A DNA stretch of 64,000 bases from Prolixibacteraceae bacterium (lineage in GTDB: Bacteria > Bacteroidota > Bacteroidia > Bacteroidales > Prolixibacteraceae). Shown piece by piece: positions 28,801 through 37,744 of this stretch. The first letter of the stretch is position 1; the number at the start of each line of letters is the position of its first letter. The translations under genes and the position numbers were made by a program. The notes beneath the pieces were generated by a model. That model worked only from the letters and a program-made list of their open reading frames with translations, was not told the origin of the DNA and made no database searches. The stretch is taken from contig JAFGEV010000343.1 of NCBI GenBank assembly GCA_016931385.1, forward strand, positions 1,083 through 65,082. The letters run 5' to 3'.

Positions 28801-31345
28801 CCGGAGGCGATGGACTTGATCCAATCAGATAAAACTGATTTCCCGCTGCTGCTGTATTTCCCCAGATGATGCAGTTTTTCAGTACCGGACTGCAATCATT
28901 GATATTATACATAGCACCGCCTCTTGATGCAGCGATATTACCAGCAATTGTCGTATTGATGATGGTTGGACTTGAGTTGTCTTTATTGCGCACTCCAGCT
29001 CCGAAAAAGTTTGCTCTGTTTCCTGTGATCAGACAGTTTTCCAGGAGAGGATTTGACAATGACTCGTTTGAAAGTGCCCCCCCGGCCTGTCCAAGGTTTT
29101 CTGTGAACACCACGTTTCGCAGGTAGGGTGAGGCACCATAATTAGACATGCCCCCGCCAAAATTTTCGTGAATCTGTGATGTATTCAGATTCGCATTTCC
29201 TCCGGTAATAGTCACCCCGTCAAGTACCGCTGAGTTATCAAGGGCTAAGTCCGCAGGATGGTAAAACACATTGTAGCAATTGTCTGAATCGTCTCCTTCC
29301 GTTCCAATGTCGCCACTGAGGATTGTTTCATTCGTTCCACCATAGCCAAAATCGCTTCGCTGGCTGACAGCCGTTTCCGTCCCGACAAAACCGCCGTAAA
29401 TATCCACTCCGTTTTTCATCTGGAATGCAGCATAACGGGCACCCGTGCCACCCACTTGTGCAGAAGGTTTGTAAGTCCCTTTTGCGACCCAGATTTCATC
29501 CCCGTTGATAGATACTTCCAGGGCAGATTGTAATGACGTATAGGCATTGGTCCAACTCGTTCCGTCATTTGTTCCCGACGCATCGTCATTGGCATAAATG
29601 ATACGGTTTTCAGAATCTGTGCCACTAGTCCATTCATAAGCGCCCATGTCAATGGTCGTGTTCTGGATGCGTGTTTTAAATCTGATATCATAGTTTTCAG
29701 AATTGTAGGAGTTATTTCCCGTATTCACACAAGGAGAATTCCCGAAAAGTGTCAAATCCCCGCCGGCAGCATTTACAAAAAGGGGATCAGTTGTGAGATT
29801 GCCGTTTCCTAAGGTGAGCGTTCCATATACATCTCCGGTTTCGTTTTTGTAACAGCAATTGTTTAGCGTAGTCGAACTTCCGGAGTGGTAAATTTCATTC
29901 CCATTTTCATACGCAATATTATTCCAGATAATGCAGTTATTCAGTGTCAGCGTACCATTATCCCTGTTCTCGACAGCTCCGCCGTTGCTGAAAACCTCAT
30001 TCCGACTGAATGTTGCGTTGTTGACGGTCAGGGTTGAATTGTTATTATTAATTCCACCGCCGTGGACACCTCTGTTATTCAGAAACAATGCATTTGTCAA
30101 TACGGCAGGTGATGACAATTCATATAAATAAAGCCCGCCACTGCCTTCTCCGCCGCTATTTTCTATAAAGCTGAGATTGGACAGGTTGCCTCCACCGGCA
30201 TTTACCAGAAACAGTGCACCACCAGCTACACTGTAATTGTGCGTAAAGATGAGATTCCGCAATACAGGAGTACCATCTGTTACCATTCCTGCTCCTGCAT
30301 TTCCGGGGAAGCCGGCATTCGCATTTCCGCCACTAATGGTAAAGCCATCGAGAATAGCTGTACTTGTGAGGGAATTACCTAGATTTAACAAAACACTGTA
30401 GCAGTTGTCAGTACCGGAGTTATTCTTATAGACGTTAAATACCGCAATTTCAAATTCATCATTCCCTGACAGGTCGCCGCTGAGAATGGTCTCGTTCGTT
30501 AGGTAATCTCTCTGGCTGAGACTTGTTTCCGTACCGGCAAATCCGCCATAGATTTCCACACCATTTTTCAACTGGAAGGTAAATCTACGGGGTTCGTCCG
30601 TTGTGCCGTCCGTTTCTTTTGAAGGGTTATAGGTACCGGCTGCTACCCAAATTTGATCACCGCTTACGGCTGCATCCAATGCAGACTGCAATGAAGTGTA
30701 GGCATTTGTCCAGCTCGTGCCGTTGTCGATTCCTGTAGCACCTGAATCCACAAAAATTATTTTGTACGCCATAATGGCATATTCATAGAATGTAAATGTA
30801 TTTGGTGAAGGTTCATTTTCATTGTATGCTACATTTGGCTTAAAATAGTATATCGCATTTTCGGAATTTACGGTGGCTTTGAAGCAAATTTCATATTCGG
30901 TGGAGTTGCTCGTACCTAATGCAAAAGGAGAATAACTTGTGCTTTCAATTATTTTCCCGGCTTCAAAAGTATGTTCGGTATTTTCTGATAGTTGCCTTGT
31001 GCTTGCTTCCTGATCGGCAATGTTTTCAGAAGACGATAGCATAAAATGATTCGTACTGCCATCGGTGGTAATAGGTGTCCATGGTCCATCAATACTTGAT
31101 GAGTAATAGAATGCTATAAGCCAGCTACTCATATTTGCTGACTCCGGAATGTAGAATTGAAATCTTAAGCGAATATTTTCCGTTCCACTATTTTTAACAG
31201 CCACATTTTCTTCCGCTTTCCAGGTAGCCGTTGTTTCGCTCCCGTCATCATTTCTCCATCTGTACTTATCCTGGATTAAAGTAGCGGCAAATAAATGCCC
31301 ACTTAACAGAATAGCAAATGTTGTTGTATAAATCAATCTTCTCAT
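25829..31345 (-). CDS. 1838-aa secreted protein with three tandem parallel-beta-helix modules and a T9SS C-terminal sorting domain
   Basis: Signal MRRLIYTTTFAILLSGHLFA. Three ~370-aa modules each begin ..G(T/S)SWTNAYTSLQSAL..(D/N)(Q/E)IWVA.GTY.PS.. and end ..TRIQNTTIDMGAYEWTSGTD. They are rich in NN/GG beta-helix rungs (GGNAN, CIIWGN). The C-terminal tail (..TIWIYNDKGQVISKG...GVLLIRVQKQDGNSVVKKL) is T9SS-like. Confidence 0.85.
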   Translation of the reverse strand: MRRLIYTTTFAILLSGHLFAATLIQDKYRWRNDDGSETTATWKAEENVAVKNSGTENIRLRFQFYIPESANMSSWLIAFYYSSSIDGPWTPITTDGSTNHFMLSSSENIADQEASTRQLSENTEHTFEAGKIIESTSYSPFALGTSNSTEYEICFKATVNSENAIYYFKPNVAYNENEPSPNTFTFYEYAIMAYKIIFVDSGATGIDNGTSWTNAYTSLQSALDAAVSGDQIWVAAGTYNPSKETDGTTDEPRRFTFQLKNGVEIYGGFAGTETSLSQRDYLTNETILSGDLSGNDEFEIAVFNVYKNNSGTDNCYSVLLNLGNSLTSTAILDGFTISGGNANAGFPGNAGAGMVTDGTPVLRNLIFTHNYSVAGGALFLVNAGGGNLSNLSFIENSGGEGSGGLYLYELSSPAVLTNALFLNNRGVHGGGINNNNSTLTVNNATFSRNEVFSNGGAVENRDNGTLTLNNCIIWNNIAYENGNEIYHSGSSTTLNNCCYKNETGDVYGTLTLGNGNLTTDPLFVNAAGGDLTLFGNSPCVNTGNNSYNSENYDIRFKTRIQNTTIDMGAYEWTSGTDSENRIIYANDDASGTNDGTSWTNAYTSLQSALEVSINGDEIWVAKGTYKPSAQVGGTGARYAAFQMKNGVDIYGGFVGTETAVSQRSDFGYGGTNETILSGDIGTEGDDSDNCYNVFYHPADLALDNSAVLDGVTITGGNANLNTSQIHENFGGGMSNYGASPYLRNVVFTENLGQAGGALSNESLSNPLLENCLITGNRANFFGAGVRNKDNSSPTIINTTIAGNIAASRGGAMYNINDCSPVLKNCIIWGNTAAAGNQFYLIGSSPSPPVVNLYSSDYSDGTNDVVISSGTFTPDGFCITNDPLFVNASTGNYTLFGNSPCVNSGNNSYNSLATDVRGKTRIQNTTIDMGAYEWTSGTDANYSTLFVKGDAGGSNNGSSWTNAYTSLQSALDNAVSGNEIWVAKGTYKPSAQVGGTGTRYATYQMKNDVTIYGGFAGTETSLSQRDYRANETILSGDLSGDDVVTGAGETLGFSNNEENCYHVFYHDKLGINNSAVLDGFTISGGNANGGDNEDYGAGIYNEQCNPTLNNIIFKNNQSATGVLYFYDLSTGAQLSNLIFENNDGGYYGALYIEGSTVTSVLTNALIINNKGEYGGGLYNSDAPTTINNATFSGNYAESAGGGVYNSSGVLSLNNCIIWGNTTAGDGAEIYYSQWGSSSMNLNYSCYQNASNDISGDLTLGSGNITSNPLFVNAGSGDFTLFGNSPCVNTGNNSYNSLSDDLRGQTRIQNTTIDMGAYEWTSGTDPEYRTLSWTGAVSTAWETSANWSLNEVPALSDNVEIPDVANDPIVSTSVGCDNLTIQSGAIVFISPAATLTVNGVLTNNNGTTGLVIQSDATGTGKLVNITTGVEATVQQFIAEDKWHYMGIPFAETPKVVPMLKGLWVVGSDEQTATHNSGDGWSYLTANDVLTSGKGFGVFHDLDTTITLYGTLNATEKVIPVSWKDGDHGWNLISNPFPCTADWDYIRNNSGLSNVNDAIYVYDPLSDSYASYVDGVTGGAETQDQNIAPMQGFFVRSTAEGTITFSENAKSITSGTFKSSSLNQLIRLTLISPNSQIDNTVVRMELQSTENFDGHFDAYKLLSANSETSQLYSVLNGDDYSINSIPDITEETVIQLRALTRQDGEHILALSRSSSYRYPYPVLLYNPSNGDLVDLESNDYRFETVNGETIVFQLVFTKNETRVQTIDLDNTIIEIVGHQLQVTGLGAGTSTIWIYNDKGQVISKGITTANSYEQDNLPFGVLLIRVQKQDGNSVVKKLCQL
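27385..30770 (-). repeat. intragenic triplication (~1.1 kb units) within the 1838-aa gene
   Basis: The MGAYEW-coding segment plus downstream conserved DNA recurs near 27400, 28555 and 29640, e.g. ccattcataagc(g/c)cccat(g/a)tcaatgg. Boundaries are approximate. Confidence 0.75.
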
Positions 31346-31372
31346 AGTTTTTTCTCCTTATTTCTTTGATTA

Positions 31373-32935
31373 TTAATCATTTAATTTGTTGGTTTTTAAT
31401 TTTATTAAGAAAAAAAATAGCATAACGCAAATGGCCAGAAACGGCATCAGCAGAGGAAAGCGGGCGAAAAGCGTTCTTTTGCTGTTGGGAATGATGTATC
31501 CCAGGATTTTTTCCGGTTTATCCGATTGCCCTGAAACCTGTATTCGGCCTTTATCATCTACAATTCCCGAAATACCCCGGTTGCTGTTGATGATGATAAA
31601 TTTTCTGTGTTCCACAGCTTTAAGCCGGGAAAGATAGAAATGATGCCGGATATTCCGGGTTTCTTCAAACCAGGCGTCATTGCTGATATTTGCAATAAAT
31701 TCAAACGGATTTTCACCTGAACCGAAATAATCCGGAATAAGGGATTCGTTGCATATTTCAACTTTGCATCTGCCGATGTTTGTATAGATTACATCGCTGA
31801 GCGTTCCGGGCAAAACATTATCGTAATAGCTTCGGGCAAGCATGGGCAATAGCTTGCTATAGTCGTTGCTAAGAAAAGGCTTTTCAATAAAGTCAAGCAG
31901 AATGTGCTTGTCGTATCTGCCGATTGCTTTTCCAGCTTCATCAATCAAATATGCTGAGTTGTACACAAAATTCGGGTCATGTGCTGCCTGTGTCAGATAA
32001 CCGATCATATTTTGAGTATGCCCACCCTTTAAAATTCCTGCAATGGCAAGCAAAATGTCATCGTTTTCGCGGTAAGTCCAGGGCAAGGCTGATTCGGGCC
32101 AGACGATCAATTGTGGGTCATGGTGCTTTACTTCCTTAATCAATTGTAACATTTTGGAAATGATGGCATCACCCTGCTCCGTCCATTTTGTTTCAGCTTT
32201 AACGTTTTCACAAACCAGGGCAATAGTCTTCTTGCCTTCGACCTTCGGAACACTATGAATGATTGCAATCCCAAATAGTAAATTGGATAAAAACAAGCCG
32301 ATGCCTGCAAATAATGCGAATTTATTTTTTGTTTTAATGAATTCTGTTATCAAATAATTAAAGGAGATGATTATTAAAGACAAGCCCACCGAGCCGAGAA
32401 TAGATGCTGACTGGATAAAATAAACGTTTGAAGCGAGAGTATTTCTCAGGTTAATTTTATTCCACGGGATTCCTGTAAAAGTGTTAATGTTTATAAATTC
32501 TATAAGGAAAAATATCGTTGAAATTAGTACTGTATTATAAATGCATTTTTTAATTTTTGATTTATGATCACCAATTTGCAAATACGAAAAAGCTATGATC
32601 CAGATAATAAACCAAAATAAGTTACTCAAAATCAGTACAATCACACCCATAATGCCTGTAATCGAAAAACTTCCTGTATATCGCTCAACAGTTTCGGGTA
32701 TCCAGAAATATGTAATCACTCCGTTAAAAGCAGTAAAGAGCGATACGTAAAGAATGCGTGCTTTGATATTTTTTTCATACACAGCTATGAACAAGGGTAC
32801 GAAGGCAATCCATACCAAATAGCTGTTCAGTGTAACAGAAGAATATCCCAATAATATTCCGGAAATGCAGCATGATAAAATATTAGAAATTACTTTAATA
32901 TGTTTAAAATATGGTATTATCTTTCGCTCATCCAT
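31373..32935 (-). CDS. Lnt-family membrane acyltransferase paralog (multi-TM domain + carbon-nitrogen hydrolase domain)
   Basis: 520 aa. The N-terminal multi-TM region resembles the lnt at 1..1203 (WIAFVPLF vs FVAFIPLF). The CN-hydrolase triad context is retained: LIVWPESALPW (E), GRYDKHILLDFIEKPF (K), KVEICNESL (C). A final TM follows. Ends 27 nt upstream of the giant gene. Confidence 0.7.
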   Translation of the reverse strand: MDERKIIPYFKHIKVISNILSCCISGILLGYSSVTLNSYLVWIAFVPLFIAVYEKNIKARILYVSLFTAFNGVITYFWIPETVERYTGSFSITGIMGVIVLILSNLFWFIIWIIAFSYLQIGDHKSKIKKCIYNTVLISTIFFLIEFININTFTGIPWNKINLRNTLASNVYFIQSASILGSVGLSLIIISFNYLITEFIKTKNKFALFAGIGLFLSNLLFGIAIIHSVPKVEGKKTIALVCENVKAETKWTEQGDAIISKMLQLIKEVKHHDPQLIVWPESALPWTYRENDDILLAIAGILKGGHTQNMIGYLTQAAHDPNFVYNSAYLIDEAGKAIGRYDKHILLDFIEKPFLSNDYSKLLPMLARSYYDNVLPGTLSDVIYTNIGRCKVEICNESLIPDYFGSGENPFEFIANISNDAWFEETRNIRHHFYLSRLKAVEHRKFIIINSNRGISGIVDDKGRIQVSGQSDKPEKILGYIIPNSKRTLFARFPLLMPFLAICVMLFFFLIKLKTNKLND

Positions 32936-33420
32936 TGTTTATAACATAATTTTACCAATCTTAAAGTTGATGTTTAATTGAGATTGTCCATGGTTATCTG
33001 AACACTATTTACGTGATACTTTGCAACCCAAGCTTTATAATCATGAACCGCAAAATCATGAAAGTACTGCATAGAAGCCCCGAAATAGTATTAAATTGCC
33101 ATAATAGCACACAGTTAGCACGCACTTGTTATGTTTATACCATAAGCATAGTGTAACCACTACCTGTACTATTGTTAAAAATTGTGTGATTAAAACAATT
33201 GACCAGAAATATTACCAACCCCAAAAAGTACCCCCTTCATATTAATCTGTTTTTTAAAACCATAATTCAATAATGGAACAAAAGTCTTTTTTTTTTTAAT
33301 AACGCAGGTTTACGAGGCAACATAGTTTGCCTTGTATTTCAAAAAACGGTGCAAATAAAAAAAGCAAGTAGATTAAACTATTGGAGCTAATGTCCTGTTG
33401 TTTAGAGGCTTTTGTGCGAA

Positions 33421-34677
33421 CTATATATCTTTATTCCTATTCAGAAAATCTTTTGGCGTGATTCCCTCGTTCTTTTTGAAAGCAACTAAAAATGTATTCC
33501 GTGAAGAGAATCCCGATAGCTTGGCAATGGCCTCCAGTGTAAGGTTTTCCCCTTTGCCTTCCATGATAATTTTTTTCGCGTGCTCAATACGCCAATAATT
33601 TCTGAAATCGCTAATTGTTTGATTTTTAAATTCTTTAAAATAGTAAGTCAAATGATGTACGGGAATTTTTATTAAAACAGCCAGCATGGCCATGTTGAAA
33701 TCAGGATCCAGAAAAGGCTGATCGTTTTTCATAACCGATTCAACCAATTGATGAATAGACATTAAATAGGCTTCTTCCAGAATTCGTTCTTTCCGTTCAA
33801 CTTCTGATTTACCTTCCTTTTGATCGTGGGTTTCTGTATCATCATTTAAAGGAGAATTTCCCGGTTCGTATTGCCCTATGCAGGTAATCTCTTTTATCTG
33901 AGGTAGCCCATACAATATGCTTGGAAACAAAAAAGGGGAGAACAACAAGCCAATCAGGCTGATAAAAGCAATGAGTTGTATTGTATTAAATGAAGTAGTG
34001 ATAGATGCCTGATCTGAGAAATAATACCCGTTAAGCAAAATGGTATGGGATATAATTAAAATGAAAAAAACACAAAACAAAGTCGACAGCCATGAATACA
34101 TGAATTTTTGATGGTGTAAAATATGTACTTGTTTTCTTTTGCACCAATGTTTAATGACTATAATTACCGACCAAACAAAGTATATAAACACATATATTGG
34201 CCGCGAAAAAAATATTGCCAAAAAAGAAACTAAACCGTGGGTTGACTGATTATAAAATGAAATGAACACCCTGTTGTTATTTATTATTTCCGTGGCAATA
34301 TGTAACTTACTTTCCCAGGTAGAGAAGGAATTCGGTATTCCTGATATGAAAATCAATATTATCGGTATAAAATGCAAAATATCAACGCGCTTCAACTTTG
34401 AACTATCCGTCAGAAGACTTCTTGTATAAAAATACAACATCAACCCGGGAAGATATGTGATAAAGCCAATATTCGCTGAAAAAAATAAAGCAATTAATAT
34501 CTTCGAATGCAGATTAAACAACAAGTAATGTATTAGACTATAGGTGCTTACCGAAAAGAAAAATAAAGACAAATAGATAATTGCCTTATTTTTCCGGTAA
34601 TTATAAGCAGCCATCAAAATGGACAAAAAAATCCCAACAAAGAACAAAATCGATAACATAAAACCAAGTAAAATCAA
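33421..34677 (-). CDS. membrane-anchored AraC-family transcriptional regulator
   Basis: About 7 N-terminal TM helices, then a C-terminal HTH_AraC (LTLEAIAKLSGFSSRNTFLVAFKKNEGITPKDF). Confidence 0.8.
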   Translation of the reverse strand: MILLGFMLSILFFVGIFLSILMAAYNYRKNKAIIYLSLFFFSVSTYSLIHYLLFNLHSKILIALFFSANIGFITYLPGLMLYFYTRSLLTDSSKLKRVDILHFIPIILIFISGIPNSFSTWESKLHIATEIINNNRVFISFYNQSTHGLVSFLAIFFSRPIYVFIYFVWSVIIVIKHWCKRKQVHILHHQKFMYSWLSTLFCVFFILIISHTILLNGYYFSDQASITTSFNTIQLIAFISLIGLLFSPFLFPSILYGLPQIKEITCIGQYEPGNSPLNDDTETHDQKEGKSEVERKERILEEAYLMSIHQLVESVMKNDQPFLDPDFNMAMLAVLIKIPVHHLTYYFKEFKNQTISDFRNYWRIEHAKKIIMEGKGENLTLEAIAKLSGFSSRNTFLVAFKKNEGITPKDFLNRNKDI

Positions 34678-35011
34678 TATGAAGCAATTAGCAAAGCATT
34701 TCTACCTTAACATCTGATAAAGATAAAAAATTACTGAAAAAGATTCTGTTATACCGATTCATTTTAATTGATCATATTGTATGTCGTTCGTTCCTTCAAT
34801 TTATTTGATTTGTTGCAACTAATATCTGTTAAATACTCTTTCGCCTCTCAATATTAAGGAAATGACTAATAAGGCCATCATCAAAAAGAGGCTTTGTTAA
34901 CCGATAATGGCATCCAACCAGGTGTTGTTGGTTGTGAAAGCTACTCATTATCGATCATTGCCATGCAAAAAAGGTTAATTACTATAAAGTGATAAATAAC
35001 CCAAAAAATTT

Positions 35012-35055
35012 AAAAAAATAAACCCACTCAGCAGGATTAACTACCAAATGGGTTT
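35012..35055 (-). terminator. possible terminator of the Kelch/B-repeat gene
   Basis: Stem AAACCCA (35020..35026) / TGGGTTT (35049..35055). On the minus strand it is followed by a T-run (plus-strand A-run 35012..35018). The 22-nt loop is large. Confidence 0.35.
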
Positions 35056-35138
35056 AATAAAATCGATTTTTCTTGTTTTTCCTCGAAGAATTAAATCAAC
35101 TTTTTATGCTGTCCCTTTTCCGTATCTCATTTATAATT

Positions 35139-37592
35139 CTAATTTTTCATAAAAACAGCAGTGAAAATTTTATTATCATTTTCACACTTAATAAAATAAA
35201 TCCCATTTTTCAGGCTTGAAAGGTTAAGTTCATTATCCCGGAATTCAAATTCCTCATAAACAACATTGCCTGCAACATCAAATATTTTCAAACGAACTGC
35301 ACTGTTCTTTTCCTGCAGGCTTAAAATAACTTTATCGGTAACGGGATTTGGGTATAATTTTAGACCTTCAGTGCCTGTATTTAAATTTGTAAATCCCGTT
35401 TCCTGTTCAAATGAACAGGTTATTTCCTTGTCGGCATCCATAAGCAGGGTAACCGGGTTTTCAGGTGATGATACACTGCCGTTCCATCTTACAAAGCCCC
35501 AGGAACCTGCAGGTGAAGCTATAAGTGTTACGCTTTCCCCCTCGTCGTAAGTACCGCTTCCGCTTTGTGAAACAGTGCAGCCATCTGAGACTGCCTGTGC
35601 CGGCACAATACTTACAACAAGGCTATAGGTTCGTATGAAATTTGCAATAACTGATTTATCGGCATCCATAGTAACTGTCGCATTAAGGGCTGTAGAAGAA
35701 ACATCGCCGGACCAGGATTCAAAACGCCATCCTTCAGCAGTTGTAGAAGATAAATTCACAACTTCACCTTCGTCATGTTCAGTATTTCCCGATGGTGAAA
35801 CAGTACATGAACCACTTAAAGCATCGGCAGGTAAAACATTCACTTCGAGATTAAAAACCTTCACAAAATTTGCCGTAACCGTTTTGTCGGCATCCATAAT
35901 AACGGTCGCATTAAGGGCTGAAGAAGAAACATCGCCGGTCCATGATTCAAAACGCCAACCCTGTGCAATTGCAGCGCCCAGGTTCACTACCGCTCCTTCG
36001 TCGTGCCAGGTTGTTCCTGCCGGAGAAGCGGAACAAGGGCCTTCAACAGCATCAGCAGGAAAAATATTAACAGTCAGGTTGTATACCTTTTGAAATACTG
36101 CCATTACTTCTTTGTCGCTATCCATTGTAATGGTCGTTGTTGGTTCTTGTGAAGCAACAGGGCCAATCCATGAATCAAACCTCCAGCCTACTGCTGGAAT
36201 GGCTGACAGAGCAACAACTTCTCCTTCATCGTGCTGGCTGTCTCCCAGAGGAGTTGCTGAACAAAACCCTGTTGCGGCTGCATCGGGATTAATTCCAACT
36301 GTGAGGTAATAAACCCTTTTAAAATTTGCAGTGACATTTTTATCTTCATCCATGGTAACAGTTGCCGACGGTGTAGATGAAGAAATTGCCCCTGTCCATG
36401 AAACAAACTCCCAACCCAGGAAATCATTTGCCATTAATTGAACCACCTCCCCTTCTTCATGTGATGTAGTTCCCGAAGGAGTAGCTGTGCATCCTTCAAT
36501 TGCAGCCTCAGGCGGAGACACACTATTGTGAAGGTTATAATAGTTAACGCCTATCCTTTTCCATTGTTTTGAAATATTATCGTAATAAAACCAATGGCCT
36601 GTGCCATGATCGTACTTGTAAAAATTATCGAGATATCCGTTGTTAAAACCGCCGTAAAAAAATGCTGTTGATCCAATGGTTGTCATTTCAGCGCCATAAA
36701 GAAAAACTTCATCCGGGACATCAATTTTTGAAAAAGTACTTGCAATTGCATCAAATAAAAAAAGATTATTGAACGTTTGTGTGCTGCTTTTTCCACCTGA
36801 CATGAAGAAACGGTTTTCATCAAGTTTGGCTACTTTGTACTCACTCCCGGCCGGGGGGTTATTAACCGCCGGGCTGTTTACCTGAACATCATCCCATTGT
36901 TTATTAATATTGTCGTATTGCTTTATTTTGTCGGATGAGGAACCATCATTATATCTTCCATAAACCGAATAAACTTTACCCCCAACTGTAACAGTCCCCA
37001 CCTCTCTGTTCCCCGAGGGCTGGTTTTTTGGTGTTTCGGATGAAATCTGTTTGGTTTCGGTGTTTATTTTATATACTTTATCGTTGCTGTTGTAGGTCGA
37101 GTTATCAATCTTTTCAGTACCCCCAAAAACAAAAATTTCACTGCCGGAACTTGTGGCAGCATGCCCGCTAATTGCAGGGAAATTGCCAGTAAATTGTTCC
37201 TGAAACCATTGTTCGTCGGCAGAATTCAGTGTGTTAATCCCTGAATGGTAAGTATTGTAAAAATCATCGCCGCCTATTGAATAAGCCAGCAATCCAATCA
37301 CCGTCATTGCATGCCTCCTGCAAGCTAAAGGGTTTAAACTGTTTTGAATGATTAATTTCCAGAAACCATTGGCAAAAACCCATAAATCGTTTTTCGCTTC
37401 CCCACCCATACTCACACTTTTCAGTGCATCATCTGCTTCAACTGGTTCCGGATCGGATATGCCGCCAAAAAGGTAAATTTTATCACCTATGTTAACCATT
37501 TGATGCTGGTAACGGCCTCCTGGGTATTCGGCCTGGGCAAGCATACTAACAGTTGCTAACATGAATAGGATAGTCAATAATAAATTTCTCAT
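35139..37592 (-). CDS. secreted Kelch-repeat protein with five InlB-B-type repeats and a T9SS C-terminal domain
   Basis: Signal MRNLLLTILFMLATVSMLAQA. Kelch-like blades (IGDKIYLFGG, EIFVFGG, FMSGG, FFYGG). Five ~75-aa repeats of the form C(T/S)xSPxGxxxHDEGEVVxLxAxxxxGWRFxSWxGxVSS...VTMDxDKxVxANF. Tail LKLYPNPVTDKVILSL...NGIYFIKCENDNKIFTAVFMK. Confidence 0.8.
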   Translation of the reverse strand: MRNLLLTILFMLATVSMLAQAEYPGGRYQHQMVNIGDKIYLFGGISDPEPVEADDALKSVSMGGEAKNDLWVFANGFWKLIIQNSLNPLACRRHAMTVIGLLAYSIGGDDFYNTYHSGINTLNSADEQWFQEQFTGNFPAISGHAATSSGSEIFVFGGTEKIDNSTYNSNDKVYKINTETKQISSETPKNQPSGNREVGTVTVGGKVYSVYGRYNDGSSSDKIKQYDNINKQWDDVQVNSPAVNNPPAGSEYKVAKLDENRFFMSGGKSSTQTFNNLFLFDAIASTFSKIDVPDEVFLYGAEMTTIGSTAFFYGGFNNGYLDNFYKYDHGTGHWFYYDNISKQWKRIGVNYYNLHNSVSPPEAAIEGCTATPSGTTSHEEGEVVQLMANDFLGWEFVSWTGAISSSTPSATVTMDEDKNVTANFKRVYYLTVGINPDAAATGFCSATPLGDSQHDEGEVVALSAIPAVGWRFDSWIGPVASQEPTTTITMDSDKEVMAVFQKVYNLTVNIFPADAVEGPCSASPAGTTWHDEGAVVNLGAAIAQGWRFESWTGDVSSSALNATVIMDADKTVTANFVKVFNLEVNVLPADALSGSCTVSPSGNTEHDEGEVVNLSSTTAEGWRFESWSGDVSSTALNATVTMDADKSVIANFIRTYSLVVSIVPAQAVSDGCTVSQSGSGTYDEGESVTLIASPAGSWGFVRWNGSVSSPENPVTLLMDADKEITCSFEQETGFTNLNTGTEGLKLYPNPVTDKVILSLQEKNSAVRLKIFDVAGNVVYEEFEFRDNELNLSSLKNGIYFIKCENDNKIFTAVFMKN
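35400..36530 (-). repeat. five tandem ~225-nt coding repeats (B-repeat modules)
   Basis: Seen in the protein as five GWRFESW-containing ~75-aa units. Boundaries are approximate. Confidence 0.7.
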
Positions 37593-37744
37593 TATTTCAT
37601 CTAAGATGTTTTACCTGTTAAAACCATAAAATTATAATGAAAAAAGCTTTTTGTAATCAAAAAAACGTTCGGCTGGATAAATCCGAACATTTTTCAACCT
37701 TCAAAAAAAATGCTATTTTTATTTTTTCTCATCAGCACAAAATA

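Noticed and set aside
25829-31345. Many 60-90-aa ORFs on both strands inside the giant gene
   Set aside because: They overlap a continuous 1838-codon frame with clear domain repeats and have no features of their own.
32936-33420. 485-nt non-coding gap searched for tRNA, sRNA or degraded gene
   Set aside because: I could recognise no tRNA-like cloverleaf motifs, no convincing terminator and no ORF remnants. It is most simply the promoter/leader region of the Lnt-paralog operon.
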